A stretch of DNA of 64,000 nt from a virus (lineage: Duplodnaviria > Heunggongvirae > Uroviricota > Caudoviricetes). This document shows, in pieces, positions 43,444 through 52,603 of the stretch (positions are counted from its first letter, which is position 1; every line of letters begins with the position of its first letter). A program made the translations under genes and the position numbers. The notes below the pieces were generated by a model. That model had not been told where the DNA came from, ran no database searches, and was given only the letters and a program-made list of their open reading frames with translations. The stretch lies in IMG/VR virus record IMGVR_UViG_3300047554_000527, positions 8,387-72,386 of that record; one strand, given 5' to 3'.

Positions 43444-43933
43444 AGTATTTGTAATAGCCCTCGTTAGGCATCAATACTCTGAAACTTAGACAACTACTCA
43501 TTGCCAATGCCAGCATGGAAAACTGTGGCTTCTCCAAAATATCAGTCATATAGAATGTGCTGGTACAGGCACCGCCTACACCCTTAATGGGACCGTGTTT
43601 AATCTTCAGCTGTTTGAGCGTTTCTTTAAACTTCCAATGATCTGCACCTTCTTTGACAATGATGCGAGTAATACCCAGCTTCTGATTCCTCAGACGGATT
43701 TTATCTACAAAGGTAAGTTTAGTTAGTGTTGCACAGTTATCATCGTCAATTTGGAGCAGAGCGTCCTTGACTTTGATACTGCCTTTAGTGTGTGGATTGT
43801 CACTGGTTTCTTTAGTGCTCCACGGAATTTGACATTCTACGTGATTAACGTAAAAAGATTCTCCATGTGTTTTTAAGACCCACATTGGAATGGTCTGATC
43901 TTCTAGGTGTTTTTTGTTGAAATGGAACACCAC
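43364..43933 (-). CDS. hypothetical protein with acidic C-terminus
   Basis: 189 aa ending DWEDDDDDI. Confidence 0.35.
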   Translation of the reverse strand: MVFHFNKKHLEDQTIPMWVLKTHGESFYVNHVECQIPWSTKETSDNPHTKGSIKVKDALLQIDDDNCATLTKLTFVDKIRLRNQKLGITRIIVKEGADHWKFKETLKQLKIKHGPIKGVGGACTSTFYMTDILEKPQFSMLALAMSSCLSFRVLMPNEGYYKYYDDPKYKDVPFIDEDAMDWEDDDDDI

Positions 43934-43976
43934 GTCCTTACATGCGTACTCAATCTATGCCATTTTGTTTTCTCCT

Positions 43977-44186
43977 TTAAAAATCGAATATAGAGCGTTT
44001 CTCTTTTTTAACAAATTCTGCCGCCGCTCTGGCGCCTTCTAACCTTACAGCAGGATCCGGACTCATAAGCATTTCATTGATTAATGCTATCTTAGCCATA
44101 CTTTCCATAGTTTTATCGCGACTGACAGATTCGGTATTAACAGTAGCACACCCTGTCAAAAACAATAAAAGGAAAAGTATTCGCAT
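43977..44186 (-). CDS. small lipoprotein
   Basis: lipobox LFLTGC. Confidence 0.35.
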   Translation of the reverse strand: MRILFLLLFLTGCATVNTESVSRDKTMESMAKIALINEMLMSPDPAVRLEGARAAAEFVKKEKRSIFDF

Positions 44187-44198
44187 ACAGTAATTATA

Positions 44199-44426
44199 TT
44201 AAACTTCTTCGTCAGTGTCAAGCTCTTGAGCTTGATTTTGAGGCTGACGTTTTGCAGCCATTTGGCCTTTAGCGATGTTACAACCAGAATTAAAGCTCTT
44301 ATTTTTAGAGTTGCAGTTTTTGTTGGCGTTTTTCATAGCCCACTGATATCCAGCCGAATGACCGCTACAGTCTTTAGTGCAGGGTTCGCCTTGGAAAGTT
44401 GCTTCAAGTAGTTCTGAAATTCGCAT
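44199..44426 (-). CDS. hypothetical Cys-rich small protein
   Basis: 75-aa ORF with CTKDCSGH...CNSKN...GCN pattern. Confidence 0.3.
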   Translation of the reverse strand: MRISELLEATFQGEPCTKDCSGHSAGYQWAMKNANKNCNSKNKSFNSGCNIAKGQMAAKRQPQNQAQELDTDEEV

Positions 44427-44439
44427 GAAATATTTAGTC

Positions 44440-44466
44440 GAAAAAAAAATAGGACCGGTCGGTCCT
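44440..44466 (-). terminator. rho-independent terminator
   Basis: A9 (U9 on minus) then TAGGACC-ggtc-GGTCCTA hairpin between two minus-strand genes. Confidence 0.55.
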
Positions 44467-44509
44467 ATTACTGGCTACTTATCCTATTATACGCTGCCAG
44501 CGAAGCGAG

Positions 44510-45505
44510 TTATTTTTCGATCAAATTATCTTTAAATATCTGCCAAGCACGATCCCATGACCAGCGATGACTACCTTCCCAAACACGCTGTCTATTTAAC
44601 ATTAATGCATCTTTGACTGCTTGTTTTAGATCATCATTTAGGCAACCAGTAACACCTTCATCTACAACATCTTCAGGTCCTTGACAAGGATAGGCTGCTA
44701 CTGGTGTGCCGCAGGCCATGGCCTCAATCATAACAATGCCAAATGTTTCCCAACGACTAGGAAATACAAATACTTCTGCATTGGCATAGTACATGGCTAG
44801 TTCTAGGCCTGTCTTAAATCCTGTGAATGTTACATCTGGGTACTTGGCTTTATATTCTTCTAGCATAGGGCCATCACCGACCATGATCTTTTGATAGCCG
44901 GGATAATCTAAATTAAGAAAGTCTTCTAAGTTCTTTTCTTTACTAACACGACTAACACATAGTAGATATTTGCCGGGCAAGTTCTCTCTTAAACTAGGGC
45001 TAAAGATATTACGATCAACACCTCGAGTCCATGGAATAACTTCCCCTCCAAACCCCTGTTGTTTTAATTCTGTTACCATTGATTCAGTAGTAGTCAATAC
45101 TTTTCCAGCATGTTTATGGAACCATCTGACTAAAGGCCAAGTAATGGCTTCAGGTATTCCAAATAAAGCACGGAGTCCTTCAGGAAACTTAGTGTGATAA
45201 GCAGTATTGTACCTAACATTATGTTTTGAAAGATATTTTCTAGCAGACAGACCAACAGGACCCTCTGTGGCGATATGGATATGATCCGGATTGATCTCCT
45301 CAATCTTCTTGCCCATCTGCCTCGGAAGGGCAATCTTGACTTCGTTGTAGCGAGGACAATCAAAGTAGCGGAAGTCCCTGGGAGTAATGTAAATAACCCT
45401 ATAACCATCCAGAACCGCATGAGCCTCAATATTTTTATAGGTCGTGACGACACCATTAATCTGCTCCGATAAATTATCAGTAATGATCAAGATTGTTTTT
45501 GACAT
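44510..45505 (-). CDS. glycosyltransferase family 1 (GT4-like, GT-B fold)
   Basis: E-x7-E motif region FPSRWETFGIVMIEAMACGTPV. Confidence 0.7.
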   Translation of the reverse strand: MSKTILIITDNLSEQINGVVTTYKNIEAHAVLDGYRVIYITPRDFRYFDCPRYNEVKIALPRQMGKKIEEINPDHIHIATEGPVGLSARKYLSKHNVRYNTAYHTKFPEGLRALFGIPEAITWPLVRWFHKHAGKVLTTTESMVTELKQQGFGGEVIPWTRGVDRNIFSPSLRENLPGKYLLCVSRVSKEKNLEDFLNLDYPGYQKIMVGDGPMLEEYKAKYPDVTFTGFKTGLELAMYYANAEVFVFPSRWETFGIVMIEAMACGTPVAAYPCQGPEDVVDEGVTGCLNDDLKQAVKDALMLNRQRVWEGSHRWSWDRAWQIFKDNLIEK

Positions 45506-45526
45506 GTTGCTGTTATCTTAAATGAA

Positions 45527-46414
45527 TTAAATTTTAGTTGATACTGCATCGTCTTTAGAGTCGATTCGCAAGACTGTTGATCCGGAAACATCAGACTTAT
45601 TCTTCCTGGTTGATCGCTTGGATTTGATACGCTCACTGCTATCAATAACATTATCCACATTGTCGTACTCCTTGGTCCATGTTACTAGTTCCCAGCGACC
45701 GTCCCAGTGTTCTACAAGTGCTGTGCATGACTCTACCCAGTCGCCGTCGTTCATGTAGATCACACCGTCTATCTCTTTAATTTCTGCATGATGTATGTGT
45801 CCGCAGATAACACCATCAAACCCACGCTTCTTGCAGTAGCCTGCTAGATTCTGTTCGAACTTAAACATAAAATCTACAGCCTTTTTAACTTTGTGTTTTA
45901 GGTATTTGCTAAGACTCCAGTAACCAAATCCAAATTTGTGACGAATCCAGTTAAACTTGCCATTTAGCATTAGTACAAAATCGTATGCCTTATCGCCTAG
46001 AAAACTCAGCCAGGGTGCTAGTCTAGTAATACCGTCAAAAAGATCACCATGAACTACAAGATAATGCTTACCGTCAGCACCTATATGTTCTATTTGATTA
46101 TGTATTTCTACATGACCAAAACTGAAACCATAAGGTATCATTGGTCTTAGGAATTCGTCGTGATTGCCTGCTATATAAACAACTCTAGTACCACGTTTAG
46201 CATGACCTAAAATTCGTCGAACTACATTAGTGTGACTTTGTTTCCATCGCCATTTATTTTGTTGTATTCTCCAGGCATCAATAATATCTCCGATGAGATA
46301 TAAGGTATCGCAGGTATTGTGTTTGAGAAAGTTGTTTAACTTTTCCGCTTGACTATCTTTAGTGCCTAAATGCACGTCACTAATAAAAATAGAGCGATAA
46401 GTCTTGGCTGTCAT
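45527..46414 (-). CDS. calcineurin-like metallophosphoesterase (LpxH-like)
   Basis: motifs SDVHLG, GDIID, GNHDE. Confidence 0.55.
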   Translation of the reverse strand: MTAKTYRSIFISDVHLGTKDSQAEKLNNFLKHNTCDTLYLIGDIIDAWRIQQNKWRWKQSHTNVVRRILGHAKRGTRVVYIAGNHDEFLRPMIPYGFSFGHVEIHNQIEHIGADGKHYLVVHGDLFDGITRLAPWLSFLGDKAYDFVLMLNGKFNWIRHKFGFGYWSLSKYLKHKVKKAVDFMFKFEQNLAGYCKKRGFDGVICGHIHHAEIKEIDGVIYMNDGDWVESCTALVEHWDGRWELVTWTKEYDNVDNVIDSSERIKSKRSTRKNKSDVSGSTVLRIDSKDDAVSTKI

Positions 46415-46459
46415 GCCAGTATTTATCGCTCTATCTGTTACAGAATGATTACAATGTAA

Positions 46460-46651
46460 TCAAATCTGAACTACGGTCCAACGGTGTGTAAAATGCTTAC
46501 CTTCGGCCTTGCGTTTCAGTATCTTCGCAAACTCTTTTTTACGGAGTTTGGCGATGGTTTCTGTATCATGGTCGAAGCAAGCCTTAAACAACTTGGAAAC
46601 TAGTTTCTTTTGTTTCATAGTCTTGCCCCTCCTTGAAAAATATTTATGCAA
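46460..46651 (-). CDS. hypothetical protein
   Basis: 63-aa basic ORF. Confidence 0.25.
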   Translation of the reverse strand: MHKYFSRRGKTMKQKKLVSKLFKACFDHDTETIAKLRKKEFAKILKRKAEGKHFTHRWTVVQI

Positions 46652-47549
46652 AAATTTCTAATGCTGTTCCGCATTGGCTACAGAACTTAGCACTGTGCTT
46701 GTTCTGATGACCGCAGGTTACACATTTAGGCTTTGCTTTAACAGTGACAGGCTCAGTTACAGGCTTGTTATGTCCGAGGTCGCCGACAATGCGTAGAACA
46801 ATATTGTGCTTGGTAGGATCAAGTGCGCCTACTGTAGTAGTCTGGAAACTCTGTGTGCTCTTGCTACCTGCTACAGTGATACCGGTTTCATTAGCACACC
46901 AATCCATTGTGGCCATACCATCGTGTAGTTCAGTTGCATTTGGAATAGCCTTGTCGATTGCGGCACTAGCAGATGCCTGCATGGCGGCACCGTTGGCACT
47001 GAAATCAACACCACGCATTGCTCCACCGACATTAGTAGAGTATGTAGCGCCGCTGGCCTGAATCCAGCTATTTCCACTAGTTGTAGAATACTTATCAACA
47101 ACACCTGGATACTCACTATTCAGTCCGCGAACGCCCGGTGGGTAGTGTGGGAATGTATTACTACCAAAGATCTGGTTAATGTTGATAACAGGACGCGGTA
47201 GTTCAAACTGATACTCAATACGGATCAGCCCGTCCTCTTCTTTAATACCACGTGGACCGTTTTCGACTGCGGCAGTGCGTTCAATAAACTTGAACTTGTT
47301 GCCTTCGGATAAGTCGCCGTTCTTAATCCAACGCTCAAGATCGACTGATCGACCCGGGTCTATGACCAATCCGCCAGGAACGGCATTCTCGCCATCGATA
47401 AAAACATTAACGATAGCTCGAACTGTATTTAGGTTTTTTAGTAAAATGCTATATTCGCTGGCAAATGGAATATAGACTGTGTCTTTAAATTCGCGGAGAA
47501 TTTTGCCTTTTGATTTAATAGAGGCTACTAGTTTTTGATTGTACATCAT
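46644..47549 (-). CDS. hypothetical protein with C-terminal zinc ribbon
   Basis: C-terminus CVTCGHQNKHSAKFCSQCG. Confidence 0.4.
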   Translation of the reverse strand: MMYNQKLVASIKSKGKILREFKDTVYIPFASEYSILLKNLNTVRAIVNVFIDGENAVPGGLVIDPGRSVDLERWIKNGDLSEGNKFKFIERTAAVENGPRGIKEEDGLIRIEYQFELPRPVININQIFGSNTFPHYPPGVRGLNSEYPGVVDKYSTTSGNSWIQASGATYSTNVGGAMRGVDFSANGAAMQASASAAIDKAIPNATELHDGMATMDWCANETGITVAGSKSTQSFQTTTVGALDPTKHNIVLRIVGDLGHNKPVTEPVTVKAKPKCVTCGHQNKHSAKFCSQCGTALEIFA

Positions 47550-47626
47550 TTTTCTTCCTTTTTACTGCACACAGACTAAGTGCATATTAGTTAAAGTCTG
47601 TTGGTTTGTAGGACCTTCCTACAAAT

Positions 47627-47812
47627 TTATTTAGTGTCGTTATCTAACCCGAACACAAATTTGATTCTGTTTGCGGCTACCTGTCCATCGTAGCGAGTGT
47701 TTTCACAAATATCAATACACTCTTCAACGATCAGTTTAGCAAACTCTTCATAGTCAAAATTGCTATAGGGTTTATAGCATTTGATCATTATTTCTTTAAT
47801 TTTTTCGTTCAT
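47627..47812 (-). CDS. hypothetical protein
   Basis: 61-aa ORF. Confidence 0.25.
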   Translation of the reverse strand: MNEKIKEIMIKCYKPYSNFDYEEFAKLIVEECIDICENTRYDGQVAANRIKFVFGLDNDTK

Positions 47813-48093
47813 TCTTTCGTCCTCAACATTTCAAACAACTCTTTACCGAGTTTGTTTTTAAACTCTTCTTCAGTCATATCCACAAGGACTTCCTTAGCCA
47901 GTTCCATAGGCAAGGCTAATGTTATTATCATTTCTGGAGCAAAGGTATTTGGATTTGCTTTTATGTGTCTGCTGATTAATCTCATTTTGTAATCCTAAAT
48001 CCCACGCACCACAAATCGATGCGGGCAAACCAATTGCCATCGTTTTTACCAAATCCAATGCGTAGCATACGATTGTCTTTGTCTAAATCAAGT

Positions 48094-48327
48094 TTAACTA
48101 GTTGCATTAACTTTTTTATCCATAGTGGGTGCAATTTTTTCTGCTTCTGCTTCAGAAACAAATCGTGGAGGGTCATTCGCCCAATGAGGCATCCATTGCC
48201 ATCCCCATGTCTTCCAATATTTTGCTATTAGATTGTTAGCGATTAGAACTGCTCCTAAAATTACTAAACCACCAAGTGCTGTTAAAACTGAACCGGCCAA
48301 AAATACTGCCGCTTGATCCATGTCCAT
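48094..48327 (-). CDS. small membrane protein
   Basis: hydrophobic LAGSVLTALGGLVILGAVLIA helix. Confidence 0.3.
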   Translation of the reverse strand: MDMDQAAVFLAGSVLTALGGLVILGAVLIANNLIAKYWKTWGWQWMPHWANDPPRFVSEAEAEKIAPTMDKKVNATS

Positions 48328-48345
48328 ATTATCTCCTTGTTAATT

Positions 48346-48420
48346 GGTGCGCTAGGCGGGAATCGAACCCGCGATTCAGAGTTTTAGAGGCTCCTGCTAT
48401 GCCACTTAGCTACTAACGCA
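48346..48420 (-). tRNA. tRNA with anticodon CUA (amber/UAG-reading suppressor tRNA candidate)
   Basis: perfect T-arm GCGGG-TTCGATT-CCCGC, 7-bp acceptor GCGTTAG/CTAGCGC, encoded CCA, A73; anticodon stem GGAG/CUCU(+C-A) with 7-nt loop C-U-CUA-A-A. Confidence 0.5.
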
Positions 48421-48429
48421 ATGAATTTA

Positions 48430-48813
48430 TTATACACTATCATGCGAATATGTCAAGACATCAAATAGCTCAGCATACTCAACTTGAGGCTCCATGTGAA
48501 AGCCTGTACCCCACACTACCCACACCCTCCTCTTATATACCTTTCTACCCCAAATCTTTTTCCCCCCAACAGTCTTAACTGGTAACCAAGCAAATACTTC
48601 ACGCCACGGATAGCAACCAGCACCGTCTGTAATAACAGTATATTCCATGTACTTCTTTCCAGGACTAGGATTGAATTTTTCTGCGCCTCTATAACTCATT
48701 CTTGCCTTATGTAGTTCTATATTGAACCCTATGCTCCGGCCCCATACTATCTTCATTTGACCAATGATTCGACGATACGATATTGACGAATTGCTTCTTC
48801 TACATTTTGCCAA
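48430..48813 (-). CDS. hypothetical protein
   Basis: 127-aa ORF. Confidence 0.35.
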   Translation of the reverse strand: MAKCRRSNSSISYRRIIGQMKIVWGRSIGFNIELHKARMSYRGAEKFNPSPGKKYMEYTVITDGAGCYPWREVFAWLPVKTVGGKKIWGRKVYKRRVWVVWGTGFHMEPQVEYAELFDVLTYSHDSV

Positions 48814-49106
48814 GCAATATCCAATGCTGGATTAGGTGTTTCTTTCATTTTGTGCAACTGAACACTGGGAGGATCTTGGTCTGTCCAATCATCGGGCGTA
48901 GCATCTGTCCAATAATAGACAATAGCATAACTACTGCTAAGGGATTGATAAGTGCGCCACTCGTTTATTTTCTTGTCGTAATAGACATAGCCGTGGTCGC
49001 TATCACCATCTGCCTTGCCGCCCATTCCCCAACCGCGATAACATAGATAGTATCCCGAATTATCAGGTTGCCGTTGTTCTGTACGATGCCAAATGCTTGT
49101 TCTCAT
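48753..49106 (-). CDS. hypothetical protein
   Basis: 117-aa Trp/Tyr-rich ORF. Confidence 0.35.
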   Translation of the reverse strand: MRTSIWHRTEQRQPDNSGYYLCYRGWGMGGKADGDSDHGYVYYDKKINEWRTYQSLSSSYAIVYYWTDATPDDWTDQDPPSVQLHKMKETPNPALDIAWQNVEEAIRQYRIVESLVK

Positions 49107-49411
49107 AATTCGGGTATTTTTACAATGTGATCTGGAATTGAGTGAAAGATTTGAAGTATCTTTAAATCATCACCGTACTTTAATTTTAGCATAGATTCTT
49201 GTTTATCGCAAGTTGTTGTAATTCGTATAAAAGGACTTCCTGCACCCACATGCCATTGAGATCCGTCGGTTGCGGTAATGACCTGTGGTTCCGGTACTAC
49301 GACTTCTACATGACATTCTAGACCAATAATGAATGTAGCATCGATCACTGTAGCGTCAGGTCTGTGTAAGGCCCAAATTTTTCTTTTAATCATACCCATC
49401 TCAATATACAC
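49103..49411 (-). CDS. hypothetical protein
   Basis: 102-aa ORF, 4-nt overlap packing. Confidence 0.35.
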   Translation of the reverse strand: MYIEMGMIKRKIWALHRPDATVIDATFIIGLECHVEVVVPEPQVITATDGSQWHVGAGSPFIRITTTCDKQESMLKLKYGDDLKILQIFHSIPDHIVKIPEL

Positions 49412-49620
49412 ATCGCAGCAACCTTTTCATCATAGAACCAAACATCCAGTTCTCGTTTGTCAATGGCTATCCGCATACTATAATGTCCTGGTTGCCAATC
49501 AGTTGCTTCATCTAGCCAATCTCTTATAGTTTTGATTTCTTCAACCGCAAGATCAATTTCCCAAACATTACTAGTACGGAGAGGAATGACTACACGGTGT
49601 TCGAGATTATTCATGACCAC
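49390..49620 (-). CDS. member of paralogous small-protein family (C-terminal F..LRW motif)
   Basis: ends ...WFYDEKVAAMCILRWV. Confidence 0.45.
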   Translation of the reverse strand: MVMNNLEHRVVIPLRTSNVWEIDLAVEEIKTIRDWLDEATDWQPGHYSMRIAIDKRELDVWFYDEKVAAMCILRWV

Positions 49621-49877
49621 TTTAGGCTAAACAACACAGCATCTTTTTCTTTGGAAAACATCCAAATGCTTCCTCTACCTCTATATATGCCCGACAAGTT
49701 TGTTCTACACCATTCTTTAATATGATGTGCCTGTAGCTCATTCATCCTATCAGACCATTTCATTTTGACTTCAGTCCAGCCAATAGTCTTTAACATGTCG
49801 CACATAATTTCCCAGTCTATTTCTTCCTGGATCATCTTAGCCATATCTTCGACCATAGTTTCTTCAGTGTTTTTCAT
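49611..49877 (-). CDS. member of paralogous small-protein family
   Basis: ends ...HHIKEWCRTNLSGIYRGRGSIWMFSKEKDAVLFSLKWS. Confidence 0.5.
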   Translation of the reverse strand: MKNTEETMVEDMAKMIQEEIDWEIMCDMLKTIGWTEVKMKWSDRMNELQAHHIKEWCRTNLSGIYRGRGSIWMFSKEKDAVLFSLKWS

Positions 49878-49878
49878 A

Positions 49879-50208
49879 TTACATCCACCTTAGCGCAAAC
49901 ATGACAGCATCTTTCTCACGTTTGAATACAAACTTATTGTGGTTGTTGTTCCAATACCTTCCCTTGAAACGTTCCCAGCACCAACGTTCAGCTTCAGTAA
50001 TCTTGTCACGAGCAACGGTATATTGATAGGGCCAGTGTTTCTTGCTATAAGGTTTATTAAACCAATCGTAATAGTATTCTTTGAATAGACTTTTACCAGT
50101 TCCCATCATAGGTTGTACTCCTACAATCTGACTAGCTATTGTCTGCGGCATTATATTCCTTATGATGGGAATCATTACTTTCGGATCAGAAGTTGTGTTT
50201 ATAGCCAT
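49879..50208 (-). CDS. member of paralogous small-protein family
   Basis: ends ...ERWCWERFKGRYW...FVFKREKDAVMFALRWM. Confidence 0.5.
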   Translation of the reverse strand: MAINTTSDPKVMIPIIRNIMPQTIASQIVGVQPMMGTGKSLFKEYYYDWFNKPYSKKHWPYQYTVARDKITEAERWCWERFKGRYWNNNHNKFVFKREKDAVMFALRWM

Positions 50209-50492
50209 TTTAAATAGTAAATTACTGCATCTCGTTCAGGAACATAGAATTCGATATCGCTCAGACCAATCTGCCACAAAGGCCAATCTGTATGATCTTG
50301 CCACACACTACAATTCTTTTGTATCCAATCACAGCGTTCCCACCATGTTATTCTGTCGGTGATGCGGACAAGTGCCCACTCCACTTGATCAAGAAGAATG
50401 TCAGATATTTGTCCGGAACATCCAGGGTCCATTCTAGTTCCTTCGACCACTCTTGAGGTAGTATGCTCATAGCATGAATCAATTCGGCACAT
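50199..50492 (-). CDS. member of paralogous small-protein family
   Basis: ends ...EFYVPERDAVIYYLKWL. Confidence 0.45.
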   Translation of the reverse strand: MCRIDSCYEHTTSRVVEGTRMDPGCSGQISDILLDQVEWALVRITDRITWWERCDWIQKNCSVWQDHTDWPLWQIGLSDIEFYVPERDAVIYYLKWL

Positions 50493-50701
50493 TTTTCTCT
50501 ATCAATGTCTCTTTCAAAACACCATCTAATAATATCAATGGCGTAACGGTAAGGCAAAGGATTTAAATCTAAAATCATGAACTCCACTTTAGTGCAAACA
50601 TTGTTGCATCTTTTGTGTTTCGAAAGTAATAATGAACACCTTTCATTGTAGGAACCATGTTCCAACGGCCTTTGAAAGCACCCATGTTCTCGCCTAGCCA
50701 A
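50348..50701 (-). CDS. hypothetical protein (overlaps family members; possibly alternative frame)
   Basis: 117-aa ORF overlapping neighbours; no family motif. Confidence 0.2.
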   Translation of the reverse strand: MARREHGCFQRPLEHGSYNERCSLLLSKHKRCNNVCTKVEFMILDLNPLPYRYAIDIIRWCFERDIDREKCAELIHAMSILPQEWSKELEWTLDVPDKYLTFFLIKWSGHLSASPTE

Positions 50702-50787
50702 GTTTCAATGTAATAGTGATAGCCGTCAAACTCATCTTTAGGGATAAGAATTTTTGCAGGCCACAACTCTTTTTTAAGAACTCTCAT
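50575..50787 (-). CDS. member of paralogous small-protein family
   Basis: ends ...GAFKGRWNMVPTMKGVHYYFRNTKDATMFALKWSS. Confidence 0.5.
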   Translation of the reverse strand: MRVLKKELWPAKILIPKDEFDGYHYYIETWLGENMGAFKGRWNMVPTMKGVHYYFRNTKDATMFALKWSS

Positions 50788-51221
50788 GACATATCCGTAC
50801 TAATAGCACGCCACACTTTCATTTTCTTTTGAGTGCGCTCGTTATCTTCTTCAGCCTTTTTGCGAGCGCCTATTTCAGTTTGTGCCCTAAAGTCTAGCCT
50901 ACGATTTTCTTGTCTAAGTTCTTCAATAAAATCTGCCACAGTGAGTGTTTCGCGCTCTGCTAGTTTTTCCTGTGTAGTATGCAGTTCTCGACTTAGATAG
51001 TCAATTTCGTTTTCTAGGTGATTAATGTAATCTCCCGGATCGTAAGTGTTTTCAAACAGGCAGGTTTCTGGATTCATGCCTACATCTTCTAAACGCTTTA
51101 GAATGAAGCCGGGCATATTATCCATTATCTTAGCAAGCCTAACACGTACAGGATCTGTGTCATACTTAATAATATGATCGATCAGTTCTCCGTCTGTTAA
51201 ATGATTTAAATTCATGACCAC
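50784..51221 (-). CDS. hypothetical coiled-coil protein
   Basis: 145 aa, charged heptad-like region. Confidence 0.35.
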   Translation of the reverse strand: MVMNLNHLTDGELIDHIIKYDTDPVRVRLAKIMDNMPGFILKRLEDVGMNPETCLFENTYDPGDYINHLENEIDYLSRELHTTQEKLAERETLTVADFIEELRQENRRLDFRAQTEIGARKKAEEDNERTQKKMKVWRAISTDMS

Positions 51222-51505
51222 CTCAAAATAAACACTGTCATATCCCGCTCGTCCTTGAAATAGAACTTGCCTTCCTTTTCAAACCAACGAGCACCACTCT
51301 TGCCGTATTGTTCAAGACACCAATCTCGAGCAGGATCAACAATGTTCATGTGCTTGTTCCTTTCAGTAACAGGTAATGTGACCCAACTATAGGTCATGCC
51401 CCAACCTTTGGCTGTGCCCTTTTTCATTGGAGCAATTTCTGGCTCCATTTGAACACCATTAAACGAACTAGCAGTAAAAGGACCAATACTTACACTCATA
51501 ATCAA
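51212..51505 (-). CDS. member of paralogous small-protein family
   Basis: ends ...DWCLEQYGKSGARWFEKEGKFYFKDERDMTVFILRWS. Confidence 0.5.
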   Translation of the reverse strand: MIMSVSIGPFTASSFNGVQMEPEIAPMKKGTAKGWGMTYSWVTLPVTERNKHMNIVDPARDWCLEQYGKSGARWFEKEGKFYFKDERDMTVFILRWS

Positions 51506-51726
51506 TCTTTCGATAAAATTCTACGTTGTGCCTTATTACAGTAACCACAACTTCTAAATTGTTCTACATAATCGTATGCACCGCGACGATTCTTAACAGG
51601 ATCTCTCCACGGCAACCAAGTATGAACTCCGCAGGCACATTGCCATTGTTTTCTAGCAAGCAAGGGTTTCTCCGACAATGCTCGCATAGTGTTTTCTTTT
51701 TCTATGTTCATAAACAATTGTAACAT
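51502..51726 (-). CDS. hypothetical Cys-containing small protein
   Basis: 74 aa with CxC...C..C pattern. Confidence 0.3.
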   Translation of the reverse strand: MLQLFMNIEKENTMRALSEKPLLARKQWQCACGVHTWLPWRDPVKNRRGAYDYVEQFRSCGYCNKAQRRILSKD

Positions 51727-51727
51727 A

Positions 51728-52174
51728 TTATGTCCATTTGAGCAAGAACATTAGGTAGTCTCGCTCGTTTTCAAAAGCAAAAAACAGAGCATCTCCGCCC
51801 ATTTCGTTTATTTCCAAACTGTACTGGGCTTGATATACACGGAGAATGTCGTGCCGCCAAGCGCCCTGGCAACTGTCTTTGCACCAATCTCTAATAGCTT
51901 GATATCCTTCCATCCAAGTTGGATATAGAATAAATGGCGCCACGCGACTTGAATGATATGAATAGAAAAATGGATAACCGTGATAGTAATCTTTAACACG
52001 ATTAGCTCCCTGGTTGCGTCGAGGATCGTTATACTCTTGATACTGCTCCTCAGTCCAACCCATTTTTTTAAGATAATTACGGTGCTGATAAAAGTCGTAG
52101 CGGTGTTTTAACTCTTCTACGACATTTGCCATCAGTTCTTTGATGCTTTCAATCTGCTTTTTTTCGACCATCAA
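51728..52174 (-). CDS. member of paralogous small-protein family
   Basis: ends ...IRDWCKDSCQGAWRHD...FFAFENERDYLMFLLKWT. Confidence 0.5.
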   Translation of the reverse strand: MMVEKKQIESIKELMANVVEELKHRYDFYQHRNYLKKMGWTEEQYQEYNDPRRNQGANRVKDYYHGYPFFYSYHSSRVAPFILYPTWMEGYQAIRDWCKDSCQGAWRHDILRVYQAQYSLEINEMGGDALFFAFENERDYLMFLLKWT

Positions 52175-52415
52175 GATACTCCGAATATTTTAGCAGGAAC
52201 ATGGTACGCTTAGGTTCGTCATAGAAGTCTAAACAGATGTGACTCATGTAACCCTTCTGATGATCGTACCATAGATGCTCTCGTTCTACAAACCCTAAGA
52301 CTTTCTTACGCTTATCGCGGATCATCATGACACTAGGGCTGTAGTCGTTGGTTAGACGATTCTTCAGCTTTTCCCACTGATGATGCAATAGTACAATTGG
52401 TTTGCTCATGACCAC
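52149..52415 (-). CDS. member of paralogous small-protein family (divergent)
   Basis: contains ...FYDEPKRTMFLLKYSEY... Confidence 0.4.
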   Translation of the reverse strand: MVMSKPIVLLHHQWEKLKNRLTNDYSPSVMMIRDKRKKVLGFVEREHLWYDHQKGYMSHICLDFYDEPKRTMFLLKYSEYLDGRKKAD

Positions 52416-52603
52416 CTCAACAGAAACATCATATGATCCCGACGATCAGCAAAATAGATTTTAGGATGCCTATAGTGCCATCGGCGGCCGTCTCCTGGGC
52501 CAAACTTAACCTGTAGCCATTCGAACACTTCGTCAGGTACCCTGACATTATTCAGTTCGACTACATAGTATTCGTGATTGATAATTACACCTGGATGTAT
52601 CAT
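52406..52603 (-). CDS. member of paralogous small-protein family
   Basis: ends ...FEWLQVKFGPGDGRRWHYRHPKIYFADRRDHMMFLLRWS. Confidence 0.5.
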   Translation of the reverse strand: MIHPGVIINHEYYVVELNNVRVPDEVFEWLQVKFGPGDGRRWHYRHPKIYFADRRDHMMFLLRWS

